From: Octopus bimaculoides
Taxonomy: Eukaryota
DNA length: 64,000 bases
Assembly: GCF_001194135.2 (NCBI RefSeq)
Contig: NC_068981.1
Coordinates: forward strand, 150,526,020-150,590,019
Direction: 5' to 3'
Positions 24,430-38,495 of the stretch are shown piece by piece (positions within the stretch are counted from its first letter, which is position 1; every line of letters begins with the position of its first letter). The translations under genes and the position numbers were made by a program. The notes under the pieces are model-generated. The model saw nothing but the letters and a program-made list of their open reading frames with translations. It was not told the origin of the DNA and made no database searches.

Positions 24430-24917
24430 NNNNNNNNNNNNNNNNNNNNATATATATATATATATATATAAAGGGACCGCTTAGAACTGACTCGGTGCGT
24501 TTACATCTTCTCCGTGACAAAATACACCGTTCACACCTTTCTTATGGGTTCGAATATGCTTAAGGCACATTCGAACCCGTATATGCTGAAGAGGTGATAA
24601 CCACTCAGAAATGCACTTCGAATATGCCTCACGTATATTTAAACTGGTAACAAGTTTGTATTTATACCCATCACTGCTTAGCGCTGTCATCACGTGTGTG
24701 CGTATATATATATATTTAAACCCTGGTATGTGTGTGTGAGCGTGTGTGTATATATATATTTGTGTGCATGTGCGTGTGGTAAAGCTGTAAGAGGTTATAC
24801 CAGCGCTCACCATTGGTCACAGAGTTCATTTAAGCAGAAACAGCTACATCCTAAAGAATGCAATTTCATAACTCCTCTTTATTATTAAATTAATATGTAT
24901 GTGCATGTGTGTGCGTA

Positions 24918-24966
<49 letters not shown>

Positions 24967-25254
24967 CAGTAAGTGATAAAATGATAGTTTAAGCATTGCA
25001 TAGACAGTCACCAAGTTGGACTCACAGAGATCAGAATCTTAAACTCACACTTCTAAGGTAAAGCAATCTAGAGATAGAAAAAAGAAAAGCCGGCTAGGAG
25101 AACGAACGAAATTGTGTGTGCATGGAAGTAGAAAGACAAACAAAAACGATAACGGGGGGTAAGGAATGCATTTGTATGATAAGTTGCTATACAATTTACG
25201 TGATGTAATTAACTCATCGAACAATCGCTCTGATAGAGAGAAAGTACTTTTGAT

Positions 25255-26475
25255 CATTATTCTAGAACATTTGAAGTCGTTGCTGAAATAAGAAATATCT
25301 AAAGAACAGGTTGGTTTTAGAAATAGACGTTGAACAAGAGATCATTCGTACAATCTGCACTCAGTTTTAGGAAAAATAAGAACACGCAACCTTACGACAT
25401 TCCTTTGCTGTCGTAAGGTTGACTACAGAAAGGTTTGATTGTGCAAGTTATAGCCACCTGTGGCGCATTATCTCTTATCTCGGCATTCCGAAACATCTCA
25501 TTAGCTTCATCAAGCAGCTTTACATTCAACAACAGCCCTGCATTCGAGCAAATAAGAAGACAGAAAAGTTCGAAAATGGGAAAAGCGTTCATCAGGGCTG
25601 TATTCTTTCTTCATGTTTGTTCAACATTTACACTAAGTGGATAATACGAGAAGTAATACAGGAAGAAAATGGTATCAAAATACATGGCTTACATATTTCT
25701 AATCTAAGGTATACAGAGGAAACGTTTCTACTTACCGAGGCTGAAGCCAAACCACGTGAAATGACAGAGTCTAGAATGCATCAAATACACATGGTCTTTG
25801 TTTCAAACATAAGAAAACAAAAATCATGGTTGCAGGAAAAGACAAAGTAAATGCTATCACCAAACCGGACAGTGAGAGGCTCGCGTAATTTGAATTGTAC
25901 AAGTATCGTAGAGCTCAAAATATCTGATGCAGCCACATATAAGAAAAAAATTAGGACACGGGCAGCCATGGCAAGAACATCCATAGAAAGGCTTAATAGC
26001 ATCTGAAGCAGTAAACGAGCCCGATCAAGGTTAAAAACAAGGCTAGTACGAATGATCATTTTGCCAATATGTATTTATTGCTGTGAAACATGAACTCCGA
26101 ACAAATCTGGAGAGAAAATAATCAATGCGTTTGAAATGTCAGTGCATAGGAGAAAGTTACGAGTCTCTTACAAGGACCATCAGACAAATGAATGGGTATT
26201 GTAGGTAAAAGACAACTCCTGAACATTGGGGAAAAACAAAAGCCCGTCTATTATGGGCATATCCAAATAAGCAAAAGTCTGGAAAATATTATCATAGATG
26301 GAATTATAGAGGGTAGTAGACAAAGAGGCAGGCAAAGAACTCAATGGATGGACAATATCACAAGCTGGTTACACCAATGTAGAAAGGCAGCTGGAGGACA
26401 CGCTCTTTATAGGGAAGTCTTTTGGTGTAACGTGATCAATTCGCGGTAGGTGGGCATATGATGCATGATGACGAA
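25255..26475 (+). mobile_element. RTE/BovB-clade LINE, 5'-truncated RT and 3' end, decayed
   Basis: EQVGFR, KAFDC-like, GKSVHQGCILSSCLFNIY, ISNLRY, LLYCCETW-like, IIEGSRQRGRQRTQWMDNI, gatgcatgatgacg tail. Confidence 0.9.
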
Positions 26476-26859
26476 GCAACTCACATCTTTACAACTGTTT
26501 TGAACGGTCGATTATTAGCTCATATAACAAAGCTCATTATTCAAGCAATGGCAAGACTGAGACAGTATTTTAGTTATACATAAAAGAAAAGTAAGGTAGT
26601 ACTGATTTAATAGCTCCGTGCTGCAGAGTCAAAGCACTCTCTTCGGCAGATCTAGAACAAATAACAATAGCAAAAATGCGATGAGGGGGAGAAGAGGTGG
26701 ATATAAAGACAACGTGAGATAAACAAAAGTTCGAACAGTGATGGATGATGAACAAAATGTATGCACACGAAAAATAGCAATATATATATATATATAGAAG
26801 TATATATATCGTTAAAATTTATTTAAAATTTATTTAAATCTGAAATTATACATTCAAAT

Positions 26860-27975
26860 TATTTGTTAATTACTATAATGTGACTAATATTTAGTAGACA
26901 TGCCCTTTGCATTTTTCAGTGCATTTTCACTGCCTATTAGGCATGATACTGATCAGATGATGAATATTCTCTTAACGAATTTCATGCCATGTTTCATGCA
27001 GTAATCACAATAAATCTGGATTTGAGGATGCTTTCTTGTTTTTGTTTTTTTTACAAAATGTCCTGTCCATTATGTCCCAGAGGTGTTCAATGGGGTTCAT
27101 ATCTATGGGTCTTTTTAGCTGTATGTCAAGGAGCTCTATCTTCCATAAATAGAGAGCCTTCTTTAATCATTTGAAGGAGTCGTTTCTGCAATATGGGCAC
27201 ATATTTAGCTGGGGTTATCTTTCCCTCATACTCCACCCGCTTTGATCGACCATTAGTCCAAATTGCTCCCTCGACCATCACAGAATAGCGACCATTGTTG
27301 GTTGCAACCTTTGCACATCAGTTTGTTTGTTTTTTTATCACAGAATCTCCAGACCCACACTCGACCACTGTCAGAAAGTACAGCAAATCTGGACTCATCA
27401 GAGAATATGGTAGTGTCCCAAAATTCTAGTGACCTTTCCACCATCTCACTGGCGAAGTCTTTTACCCGCTTCATGTTGCCTGGCTGAAGAAGTGACTTCC
27501 TTCTTGCTACTCTGCCATAGTAGCCAAGTTTGTGAAGATACCTGACAGCTGTTCTGAGACTGACATCAACATGTTTTGCGATGCCAGAGACCTTGCAACG
27601 AGGATTATCCTCCACACTTCTCTTCACAAAGCGAAGGGTCCTGTGAGAGTGTCCTGGTTGACCTGGGCAAGGTTATGTAGACTCCTCCTCCTCTCTGGTG
27701 AATTGCACAATCACTCTATTAACTGTAGAAAGTGGGATCCCAATGTTATCTGCGATTTTACGTTGACTAAGTCCACCTTCAGATTGACCCACAATACGGC
27801 CTCTTTGAAATTCGAACAGTTTCAAGGCTTCTTTTGTACGTGGCACGACTAAACAGTCACATGTAGAACTTGAAACAGAAAAATGTCAATTAATAAAAGA
27901 TATAAATCTTTTCAAGTTAAGATAGAAATAAAACGATGTTTTATGGGGTGTCTATTTACTTCTGTTTGTGTGCGT
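26860..27975 (-). mobile_element. Tc1-family DNA transposon relic
   Basis: ORF 27253-27627: VSLRTAVRYLHKLGYYGRVARRKSLL..FWDTTIFSDESRF..DSGRVWVWR; downstream FMED.A..HTAK-like motif. Confidence 0.9.
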
Positions 27976-27994
27976 GTGTGTGTGTGTGTGCTGT

Positions 27995-28225
27995 ACCAAA
28001 GGTACCGTCCACAACAGGTACTGCAATAGCCTAGGGTTCAAAGGCCCATAGCTCCTCAATGCCTTGCCACAAAAATTAAGAAATCTGCATAAGGTGGAAG
28101 TAGATGACTTCAAAAGGGAACAAGACATCCTCCTCTGAACGATATCGGATGAACTATCGGTCCGACATGAGATACAGACGAGGGCAACGGAATCAAACTC
28201 CCTTACACACCAAATAGGCCCGACA
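27995..28225 (+). mobile_element. CR1/L2-superfamily LINE 3' end
   Basis: NSLGFKGP*LLNALPQKLRNL..DDFKR..D..L..ISDE..RATESNSL.HQ. Confidence 0.75.
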
Positions 28226-29504
28226 GCTGGGACAAAAACACACACAGGAGTGGTGATGTGAAACCCCCCAGACTGAGGAAATCAGTAACACCACAGCAGT
28301 GCTCCAGCATGACCGCAGCCGTATGGCTGAGACGCGTAAACGAGTAAAAGAGTATGTATGTATGTATGTATGTATGTATGTATGTATGTGAATGTATATA
28401 TGTATATAAATGAATGTGTGCTTATATATACGTATATATACATACATGCATACACACACACGTATATCTATATTTGTGTGTGTGTAAACGTCGATTAATA
28501 TGTGCATGTGGGTTAATGCGTGTGGGTTATGTTAGTGTGTATGGGTGTGTGTATATATATATGTGTGTGTGTGTGTGTGTGCTCTTTAATTTATATACGA
28601 GTGCGTGTGTGTGTGTAAAAATGACACGTATTATAATTATAACTAGAGTGAATATAATTTACTAAACAAAAGTGCCATATACTTATTCAAATGGATGTAT
28701 AGCGATCCATTCCTACTTAATTATATGCATTACTTCTATCATTATTATCATTATTATTGTAATCATTATAATTATTTTCGATTTACTCTAACCTATTGTC
28801 ACTTAGTATAGTCTTATATCAAAATAGTGCATGTGCATATCAGAGAGTGTGCATATCAATGTATATATACGTAAATCAATATCTGTATACCAATGCGTGT
28901 GTGTCAATGTGAGCGTGTGCCACTGTGTGAGTATATATGCATCAGTATACGTGCGTAGGTGGTGTATGCCATCATGTCAATATGTTGGTCAGGGTGTGAA
29001 TGTGTGTGGAATTCAGCGAGCATATGCAATAACGTGTGTGTCTATTATTTGTATGTGTAAGCATGTAGGTATCAGTGTGTTCGTATACCAATGTGTGAGT
29101 GTTCCCGCTTATGTGAGTATGTAAATATGTGTGATGGTTATACATTATCTCCAATTTGAAAGATTACATTGTCATAGAATGGATTAAACGGCACTCCCTC
29201 TCTTTGCCTAACGATTTTATTGCATACTCTTCTATGTCTAATTTACTTGTTTATGTCTTTTGTTTTGATAGCACTATCTATATATGTCCGTTTTGATTTA
29301 TTGATATCATGTATGTTTCATTGTTTTATGTTTTTATCGGCCTATTTCATTGTATTATTTTTCCTTTCTTACTTTATTTTCGTGGTGGGGAGAGGAGTGG
29401 TCTTCTCTCAATTTCTTCTGAAAATTGCTTCAATATAGCAAACTTCTTGAAAATGTTTCTTAATAGAACTGGATGAAATAAAGAGAACAAAGAGCGAGGT
29501 ACTT

Positions 29505-29600
29505 GGTCACCCGAGGAAAGGCAATCAGCACTTGTGATGCAAGACAATTGATTGTACAGCATCTCACCTGTGAGGTACAGTTGAAACAATTGTAGCGGTT
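29505..29600 (+). ncRNA. Degenerate hammerhead relic, homolog of 51925-52030
   Basis: gtcac-CCGAGGA...ctcacctgtgagg..tt-GAAAC-AATT-GTA, then aataaa. Confidence 0.5.
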
Positions 29601-29779
29601 TTGAATAAAGAATATAATGAATTCCATTTTCTGTCCCTGATGTATGTATGTATGTATGTATGTATGTATGTATGTATGTATGTATTTATGTATGTATGTA
29701 TGTATCTCTTATTCTTTAATTATTATGAACCGCCCACTGAGGAGGGAGCCGGTTTTCAACAAAGACACAAGGCCCCATC

Positions 29780-30496
29780 TTTGCGATGTAGTTAACACAG
29801 ACAAATTCATATTTGGAACTTGAGAAAAGTCTTGCATATTTTTACTGTTCCACTCACAGATGACACTTGTAATATACAAATGAGCCGGTCAATTTCTCTT
29901 TCTGAAAATCCGGGTTTATTCAGATTCGCCTTTAAGCATTTACTAACAAAACCTAGTGCTCCAATTATTATTGGTATGAATATGAATTCATAGTCTGAAT
30001 AAAGAAGCTGGAGGTTTCGAAGCAGTTGTCCATAGATATCCTCTTTTTCTTTGATTTTCAAAGAGATATTTATATCCGCAAGGCAGCTGACCTCTATGAC
30101 GAAACATACCTTTGCCCCTCTGTCCCAAAGAACAATAACCGGCCTGTCACGGTTACATGACAGAGGTTTTGATGGGAATATTCCTCCAGTATTCCTTGAG
30201 GTGGTGTTTGTGAATGTATTCCGTAACAGAAGGATTTTCTAAGTTTATTTCAAGACAGTCTTTTTTTTTTTTTTTTTGCGGATGGCATTGTAAATTGTTT
30301 TAGCGACAACATCGTGCCGCATATGGAGGTAGTACCGTGACGACATTTTAAGACAGCTGCTAATAACATACGTGATGTCTTCCACAGAAACATGACATAG
30401 CCTACACATGCGGTTGTACCTTGGGGTTACAAGAGCGTCACTGTCTCTCTTAACCAGGTACTCTGTGGCAATCTCCTCTTCTTGAATTGCAAACAC
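29780..30496 (-). mobile_element. R4/Dong-like non-LTR element 3' part (CCHC plus RLE)
   Basis: CRLCHVSVEDITYVISSC..Y..RHDVVAK; RP.IVLWD..IEVSC; RNLQLLYSDYEFIFIPIIIGALG..SGTVKICKTFLKF. Confidence 0.9.
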
Positions 30497-30661
30497 GTAT
30501 GTATGTATGTATGGATGGATGTATGCATTTATACATACCTTTTAATTTTTATCTTTTACTTGTTTCTGTCATTAGACTGCAGCTATGCTGGGACACCGCT
30601 TTGACGAGTTTAGATAGATAGATAGATAAATAGATAGATAGATAAATAGATAGATAAATAT

Positions 30662-31038
30662 ACATGCATATATGGGTACAGGACGTCACCAACAGTGCAA
30701 ATGACGTGAAATGCGTAAACATGTTTGTTTTCGTTCGGTTTCCTTGTATGTCTTCACTGTCATTTTTTTGTTCCCAGCTTTGACCCTCGAAAAATCCTAA
30801 AATTTATTTTAGAATTTATGGGAGCAACTGTCTTTGAAGACTCATGTTGTTGATGAATGTTTGAAATGAGGAGTAGATAGACAGCAGACAACTGATGAAG
30901 GGTCGTTTCTCTGTGTTTACTTGTCTTGTTTTCCATTTTTTCTCTTTGTTCACGTATTTCACTCATTTTTCACTCGTTTGTTTACGTGTTTCATGTCATT
31001 TGCACAGTTGGTGACGTCCTGTACCCATATATGCATGT
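30662..31038. mobile_element. PLE-like unit with 59-bp inverted termini
   Basis: 30662-30720 vs 30980-31038, 55/59 identical; CTGATGA at 30892 and GTGACGT-C-CTGT at 31011. Confidence 0.7.
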
Positions 31039-31114
31039 GTGTGTGTGTATATATATATATCATATATTATTTACTATTATTTAATTGAACGCGACGCATC
31101 CATTTCCAAGTGAG

Positions 31115-31147
<33 letters not shown>

Positions 31148-32163
31148 GTATATNNNNNNNNNNNNNNNNNNNNNNNNNNNNNNNNNNNNNNNNNNNNNNN
31201 NNNNNNNNNNNNNNNNNNNNNNNNNNNNNNNNNNNNNNNNNNNNNNNNNNNNNNNNNNNNNNNNNNNNNNNNNNNNNNNNNNNNNNNNNNNNNNNNNNNN
31301 NNNNNNNNNNNNNNNNNNNNNNNNNNNNNNNNNNNNNNNNNNNNNNNNNNNNNNNNNNNNNNNNNNNNNNNNNNNNNNNNNNNNNNNNNNNNNNNNNNNN
31401 NNNNNNNNNNNNNNNNNNNNNNNNNNNNNNNNNNNNNNNNNNNNNNNNNNNNNNNNNNNNNNNNNNNNNNNNNNNNNNNNNNNNNNNNNNNNNNNNNNNN
31501 NNNNNNNNNNNNNNNNNNNNNNNNNNNNNNNNNNNNNNNNNNNNNNNNNNNNNNNNNNNNNNNNNNNNNNNNNNNNNNNNNNNNNNNNNNNNNNNNNNNN
31601 NNNNNNNNNNNNNNNNNNNNNNNNNNNNNNNNNNNNNNNNNNNNNNNNNNNNNNNNNNNNNNNNNNNNNNNNNNNNNNNNNNNNNNNNNNNNNNNNNNNN
31701 NNNNNNNNNNNNNNNNNNNNNNNNNNNNNNNNNNNNNNNNNNNNNNNNNNNNNNNNNNNNNNNNNNNNNNNNNNNNNNNNNNNNNNNNNNNNNNNNNNNN
31801 NNNNNNNNNNNNNNNNNNNNNNNNNNNNNNNNNNNNNNNNNNNNNNNNNNNNNNNNNNNNNNNNNNNNNNNNNNNNNNNNNNNNNNNNNNNNNNNNNNNN
31901 NNNNNNNNNNNNNATAAATAAATAGATAAATAAATAAGTAGAACTCCCAAAGGGGGAGGCGCTTCGAAAAAGGAAAGGTTACACGTGGAAAAACCCATAA
32001 AACCACGGGAGCCTGGTCAGAAAAAATAAGAAAGGGGTATAGAGCCCTTTCTCCTTTTACATTACCTTTTTTTTTTTTTTTTTACAGGTGTATTCTCAGA
32101 ATTGGTCCGTTTATACTAGCCATTTTTCCAACAGTCACCCATCTTTCAACGAAATTTCCCCAA

Positions 32164-32265
32164 GACACCTAATGAAGGCTGGAGGGTATATCAGCCGAAA
32201 CGTTGTGTTAACATTAAACAAAATGAGGACAAATATCCGTCAATTGTATATAATGTAAATAATGA
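32164..32265 (+). mobile_element. pLTR-like repeat with hammerhead fold, core mutated (CTAATGA)
   Basis: acac-CTAATGA-a-GGCTG..CAGCC-GAAACGT-T-GTGT; same family as 44.4 and 44.6 kb. Confidence 0.8.
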
Positions 32266-32459
32266 AACTAAGTTGTTGCAAAGCGCCCTTCTTAACCATA
32301 CAACCATGCTTGGGGGTTATCTGTAACAAAAATGAATAAATAAATAAACCCACATAACAACCGGATCTTCTTCAAATCACACCTTACCATTTGTAAAAAA
32401 AAAAAAAAATAGAAGGAAGGACATATTAGACAATATGGCTCTAGATTCNNNNNNNNNNA

Positions 32460-32700
32460 GGTTTCGTTTATTCATCTGTTACTCGTTTCAGTCATTAGAC
32501 CGCGACCATGTTGATGCACCACCATGATAGATTTTTTAGCCGAGCGAATCGGTCCCAGTATCTTTTTTCTTTCGAATGCCTGGTATTTATTTTATCGGCG
32601 TCTTTGTCAAACTGCTATGTTACGAGGGTGTAAACGTACCAACACCGGTTGTCATATGGTGGTGCGGGGATGGTGGCAAACAGAGAGACCTCTTCGAAAC
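32460..32700 (-). mobile_element. SINE family A-related, 3' part
   Basis: ttcagtcattagaccgcgaccatgttgatgcacc..gtgtaaacgtaccaacaccggttgtc. Confidence 0.75.
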
Positions 32701-34467
32701 GCTTAGGTTTAGAATGGTGGCAGCTGATGAAGGAAATGTTCTCTATGTGGCCTGTGTGCTTTCTGTACTCTGTTTATCATTTTGTCCACGTCTTTTTGCA
32801 ACGTTCTGTACCCAGATATGCATCTATATATACATGTAGATGAAGGTATGTACATACATGTACGTATATATGCATATACTCATATATTATTTGTATTATA
32901 TATATATATATATATATAAAGAATAATAATAAATGGAGCAAAACGCATATAATCAATAAGTTCCTTTGATTNNNNNNNNNNNNNNNNNNNNNNNNNNNNN
33001 NNNNNNNNNNNNNNNNNNNNNNNNNNNNNNNNNNNNNNNNNNNNNNNNNNNNNNNNNNNNNNNNNNNNNNNNNNNNNNNNNNNNNNNNNNNNNNNNNNNN
33101 NNNNNNNNNNNNNNNNNNNNNNNNNNNNNNNNNNNNNNNNNNNNNNNNNNNNNNNNNNNNNNNNNNNNNNNNNNNNNNNNNNNNNNNNNNNNNNNNNNNN
33201 NNNNNNNNNNNNNNNNNNNNNNNNNNNNNNNNNNNNNNNNNNNNNNNNNNNNNNNNNNNNNNNNNNNNNNNNNNNNNNNNNNNNNNNNNNNNNNNNNNNN
33301 NNNNNNNNNNNNNNNNNNNNNNNNNNNNNNNNNNNNNNNNNNNNNNNNNNNNNNNNNNNNNNNNNNNNNNNNNNNNNNNNNNNNNNNNNNNNNNNNNNNN
33401 NNNNNNNNNNNNNNNNNNNNNNNNNNNNNNNNNNNNNNNNNNNNNNNNNNNNNNNNNNNNNNNNNNNNNNNNNNNNNNNNNNNNNNNNNNNNNNNNNNNN
33501 NNNNNNNNNNNNNNNNNNNNNNNNNNNNNNNNNNNNNNNNNNNNNNNNNNNNNNNNNNNNNNNNNNNNNNNNNNNNNNNNNNNNNNNNNNNNNNNNNNNN
33601 NNNNNNNNNNNNNNNNNNNNNNNNNNNNNNNNNNNNNNNNNNNNNNNNNNNNNNNNNNNNNNNNNNNNNNNNNNNNNNNNNNNNNNNCCAAGGTACCACG
33701 CAGTGGGACTGAATCTGGAACCATGTAGTTGGGAAGCAAAACTTCTTACCACACGCATGAACCCGATACTTTAAAAACAAAAACAAGAATAGATGGCCAT
33801 ATATTGGCTGTCTTTGACAATAGGTCGTCTCAATCATTGCTCACCCTGGGCTAAACAGCAATAATGACATCTTTTGCTTGTTTTATTCAAAGAAAAACAC
33901 ATTTATGAAAGCTTATGTATTCTTACTGTGTAATCTTTGTTCTGAATTACATATAAACTTTAAATCTCTAAATAACTAGTCGATATTTGTAGGAAGTCAA
34001 TGCTATTTTTTTATGGTTTGCTTGTGTTTATTTTGTGCGCGTGCGCGTGCGCGTGTGTGTGTGTGCGTGTGTGTGTGTGTGCATGTGTGTGTGTGTGTGT
34101 GTAGGTATTTATGTGGCTTTGTTTTTCTTTTTTTTCATTATCACAGAAACCACGGAGTGGTTCTAACTTAAGCAACTACTTGACATTTCCCGCCAAGCAA
34201 TATAATAAATCATGTGATACATCTTCGGAGAGATACAATGCAGAAAGACGTAGAAACAAGTATAGTGTAACATTATTCGATTATGTGGCCTTTCAATGGA
34301 ACACGTACAGAAAATGCATTGTTGAAGAGGAGAATAAACTGACATCTATAACATTTTCGAATAATAAACGGAGAGAAACAGGGAGTAAGTATCAAAAAAG
34401 AGAGAGAGAGAGATGCAAAGAGAAACAGAGAGAGATAATAATAGAGGAAAGAAAAAAGAGTGTGTGT

Positions 34468-34521
<54 letters not shown>

Positions 34522-35041
34522 GAAGTGAGAACGATAGAGAGAGAGAGAATAATTGGTTTTAGTATATAACAAATAACCTCTTAATCTCAATACNNNNNNN
34601 NNNNNNNNNNNNNNNNNNNNNNNNNNNNNNNNNNNNNNNNNNNNNNNNNNNNNNNNNNNNNNNNNNNNNNNNNNNNNNNNNNNNNNNNNNNNNNNNNNNN
34701 NNNNNNNNNNNNNNNNNNNNNNNNNNNNNNNNNNNNNNNNNNNNNNNNNNNNNNNNNNNNNNNNNNNNNNNNNNNNNNNNNNNNNNNNNNNNNNNNNNNN
34801 NNNNNNNNNNNNNNNNNNNNNNNNNNNNNNNNNNNNNNNNNNNNNNNNNNNNNNNNNNNNNNNNNNNNNNNNNNNNNNNNNNNNNNNNNNNNNNNNNNNN
34901 NNNNNNNNNNNNNNNNNNNNNNNNNNNNNNNNNNNNNNNNNNNNNNNNNNNNNNNNNNNNNNNNNNNNNNNNNNNNNNNNNNNNNNNNNNNNNNNNNNNN
35001 NNNNNNNNNNNNNNNNNNNNNNNNNNNNNNNNNNNNNNNNN

Positions 35042-35076
<35 letters not shown>

Positions 35077-36216
35077 TCCTCACTCATTTCGTCTTTGTGT
35101 GTCCAATACTCGAGCATGGCCGTATGGTTAAGAAGTTTTCTTCACTTTTTGTAATTTTGGGTTCGTCCCTACTAAGGGGCACTATACTTTACCACAGCCA
35201 AGATATTGTGTATTAGTCCATCAGAAAATTTATACCAGCTCTTCAGTGGTTATTTTAATCTTTCGACCTTCAGTATTTTTAGCAGAGTTCAATCTGTTGC
35301 CAACATTCATATCAGGTCTCTGGTCCGGAGGTAGGTCAGTATATTCAGGTACTGATCCCTACAGCAGTAACATATTGTGGGCTTTTCCTCTGTTTCTTCC
35401 TACCAGTCTTGGAGTCCTGATCACTTGTACAACCCTTTTTCTTCTGACAGCCACAAAGAACTATTACAAGATGTTTAAAAAAGTATGTAGATAATTAATT
35501 GAAACCCGTTAACGTTTTGTCATCTGTTGTGTTGATGGATCACTAATGAAGACTTTGTGTTCGGATAGCCTGCCCAAAATAAGACATTTAGTTAGAGGCT
35601 ATCCGTCTCCGAATTTTTACTGCGGCTCGACATATGCTTACGGCGTCAAGATGAAATGAATTTAACTAGTTAGAAATTCAAAATAGTTTGTCTTTTTGCT
35701 CGATGCGAATTTAACACTACTCTTTTTTGATTCGATGACATGAATAACAGATTATCTTACATCTCAGAAAAAAAAATTTAATTTCTTAGAATATAGTTAT
35801 ACAGAATTATTACCAAAACTTATTTCTTTTTAAACTATTAACTACATCTGAACACTTACCATTCACTTCCGTGCGTACAAAGCTGTGTTCACACTAACAC
35901 GACTAACGTATTACAGTGAACAGACAATACATTTATGATATCGGTGATCAAGCAGAGAAGTGGTATAAACGGTACAGTGCCTGGCTGAATGTTTAGAAGT
36001 ATTTATGTCTCTTTAAGTTCTGAACACCTATCCGACTGAGGTCGACTTTGCTTTTATCAAGACACATCCTAAAGTTGCGGATAATCTGCTGCATCTTTTC
36101 ACAACAGATGTATGCAGGAGTGGAAGTTTCAGCTTACAATATGTTGGTTTCTTCGATTCAATATCAACTGAAACAATTTCACTTCACTTTTACACACTTA
36201 ATGCTCTTTCGACCAG

Positions 36217-36280
36217 CATGAACATCACAACATTCCATTTGAGGCCCTATTAAAATACCTACTAAAAGCATATGTTGCTG
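36217..36280 (+). CDS. Candidate isolated 64-nt coding exon (HEHHNIPFEALLKYLLKAYVA)
   Basis: Pyrimidine tract, cttaat branch-like site and ctttcgaccAG acceptor; CTG|GTGAGT donor; open frame; no homolog recognised. Confidence 0.35.
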
Positions 36281-38179
36281 GTGAGTAGCGAAAGTTAAGT
36301 GGTAAGATCACAGTGGGACGTATCTGCGACGACGCTGTTTCCATTCTCTGTTATTTTATTTCTGTAATTCCATTTTATTTGTGTTATTTAATTTTACCTT
36401 CCGAGAAACGTGCATTTTCTACTTGCCAGAAAAGTACGAAATTCACCATTTAACTCTGCACAAAGTTATATGTCATCAATAGAAGACGCCGTGAATAGAG
36501 AAAGAATGAAACTAATATATCATCGTGAAGTAACAATAAAATGTGCAATTAGTTCTTACTCCAGCTTGTTCACATACAAATCCATTAATGTCAACATTTA
36601 CGTCCTTTCGAACGAAAACAGCAGAAGGTGACATAAAGTCTATGTGATAAAATAGTTATAAACTCAAAAGAAAAGAAACACTTATGTGATATGAGTAATC
36701 AGGCGGATAATTAAGTTAGGTTCTGACGATAATGGTCATATAAAAGACACTATGTGTTCTGTTAGCTTTTACTGCCATTTTTATTCGGTTGGTTTATACA
36801 CAATTGAGATCCAAATTTTAAATTGATATCCAATTATTTTGACTTGACGGGAGCATTCAGTTTTATGAGTGTTGAGAAAGGGATTAGTTACTGGGTATAC
36901 ATTCTCAATGAAGGCAATTGTCAACAATCTCATGTGGTTTTTGTCTTTCATTGAACTGCTTGACGTCTTGAATAAGATTCGTAATCATAACTTCAGGTCA
37001 AAGCGAGGCATGTTTAGAGAAATTGGTTCGTTAGAAACTGTACTGAAACTCTAAGGATGGATTCCTGGATAGTAACTATAATTTATTACACGATTCAGCA
37101 TCACCTCTTTAGTAGTGGGTTCTTTTTAGAGGAGTCAGTTTTGTTGCAAGCTTTGAGGTTAAGTTTCTGATTGAAGTTAACTGAATGCATTGATACACTT
37201 CCTACGGCAGTCGCCCATGGTTCGTGCGTTCTTTCTTCTCTCCTGACCCCACCTGTTTCGGAAATCCTGTGAAAAAGAAATTTGTTATCCATTTTTTTTC
37301 TTTTATTCAATCACTAAAGAAATATTGAAATCAAATCGGCTCATCTGAAAATCATTTTTACAGAACATTCACTACGTTCGTTAAAACACAGAACTGTCCG
37401 TATTTTTCTCGAGGAATATTACATTAGATATAGATGAGAAATTAGATGGTTAACTCCTGAAAGCAAAAATTAAGTTATTGATTCCAGTCACTACGAGTTA
37501 AATACTGTTATACAGTAAGAGCTTCAGTAAATATTCACTCAGAATTTCATAAAAATATTCAGTGACATTTATGTAACCGACCCGATTCAGATGTTTCTTC
37601 TGGTGTGAAAACAGGATGGTGTAAATATGTTGATATCTTTGACCTCATTGAGCTTTACATATTAGATATTTTTGAATGAAAGGTTTCAATCTCTCGTCTT
37701 TGGATTGTACAGAGCGTTAAATTGGGGGATCAGAAGACATGCCCCTAAATTAGCTAACGAAGGACATCATGCAAGCTTTCAGAAAGTTGTGACTTATAAT
37801 CACTATACAAATTTGAGTGCAACCAACTCATTGGAAGTTACTTTCGATTTAGGTTCTACTTCATAAAGCTTTTCAGTAAAATAAATTAGAGACTCGGTTA
37901 CATTAACACTACATCATTTCATTCCTGTCTCGGTGTTCAGAAACATAGTAAAAACTGCATGAAAGTCTTACGTGCGTCCGTATCAAGAGAACATACCAAC
38001 TAAAAAGTATGTGGTATGTGGTAACAAAAACACCCTAGAGTTTCGTGGGCCCAAACAGAAGATTACTTAGATACCCAGCTTGGAAAGGACATCGTAAAAT
38101 CCTTTGGTTCACACTCGCTGTCTATTCAAATGTTAAATCCATCAAAGGTAAAGCCTTCGTTAGGATAGTTGAAGATATT

Positions 38180-38244
<65 letters not shown>

Positions 38245-38350
38245 NNNNNNNNNNNNNNNNNNNNNNNNNNNNNNNNNNNNNNNNNNNNNNNNNNNNNNNN
38301 NNNNNNNNNNNNNNNNNNNNNNNNNNNNNNNNNNNNNNNNNNNNNNNNNN

Positions 38351-38399
<49 letters not shown>

Positions 38400-38404
<5 letters not shown>

Positions 38405-38495
38405 GGCGCGTGGCTTGGTGGTTAGGGTATTAGGCTCGCGATCGTAAGGTTGTGAGTTCGATTCCAGGCCGCACGTTATATCTCTTGAGCAAGAG
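38400..38495 (+). mobile_element. tRNA-derived SINE head
   Basis: ggcgcgtggcttggtgg A box, gagttcgattcc B box. Confidence 0.7.

Noticed and set aside
37101-37275. Minus-strand exon candidate after a strong ttctttttcacAG acceptor
   Set aside because: Two frames are plausible, the donor is weak and no product is recognisable; insufficient support
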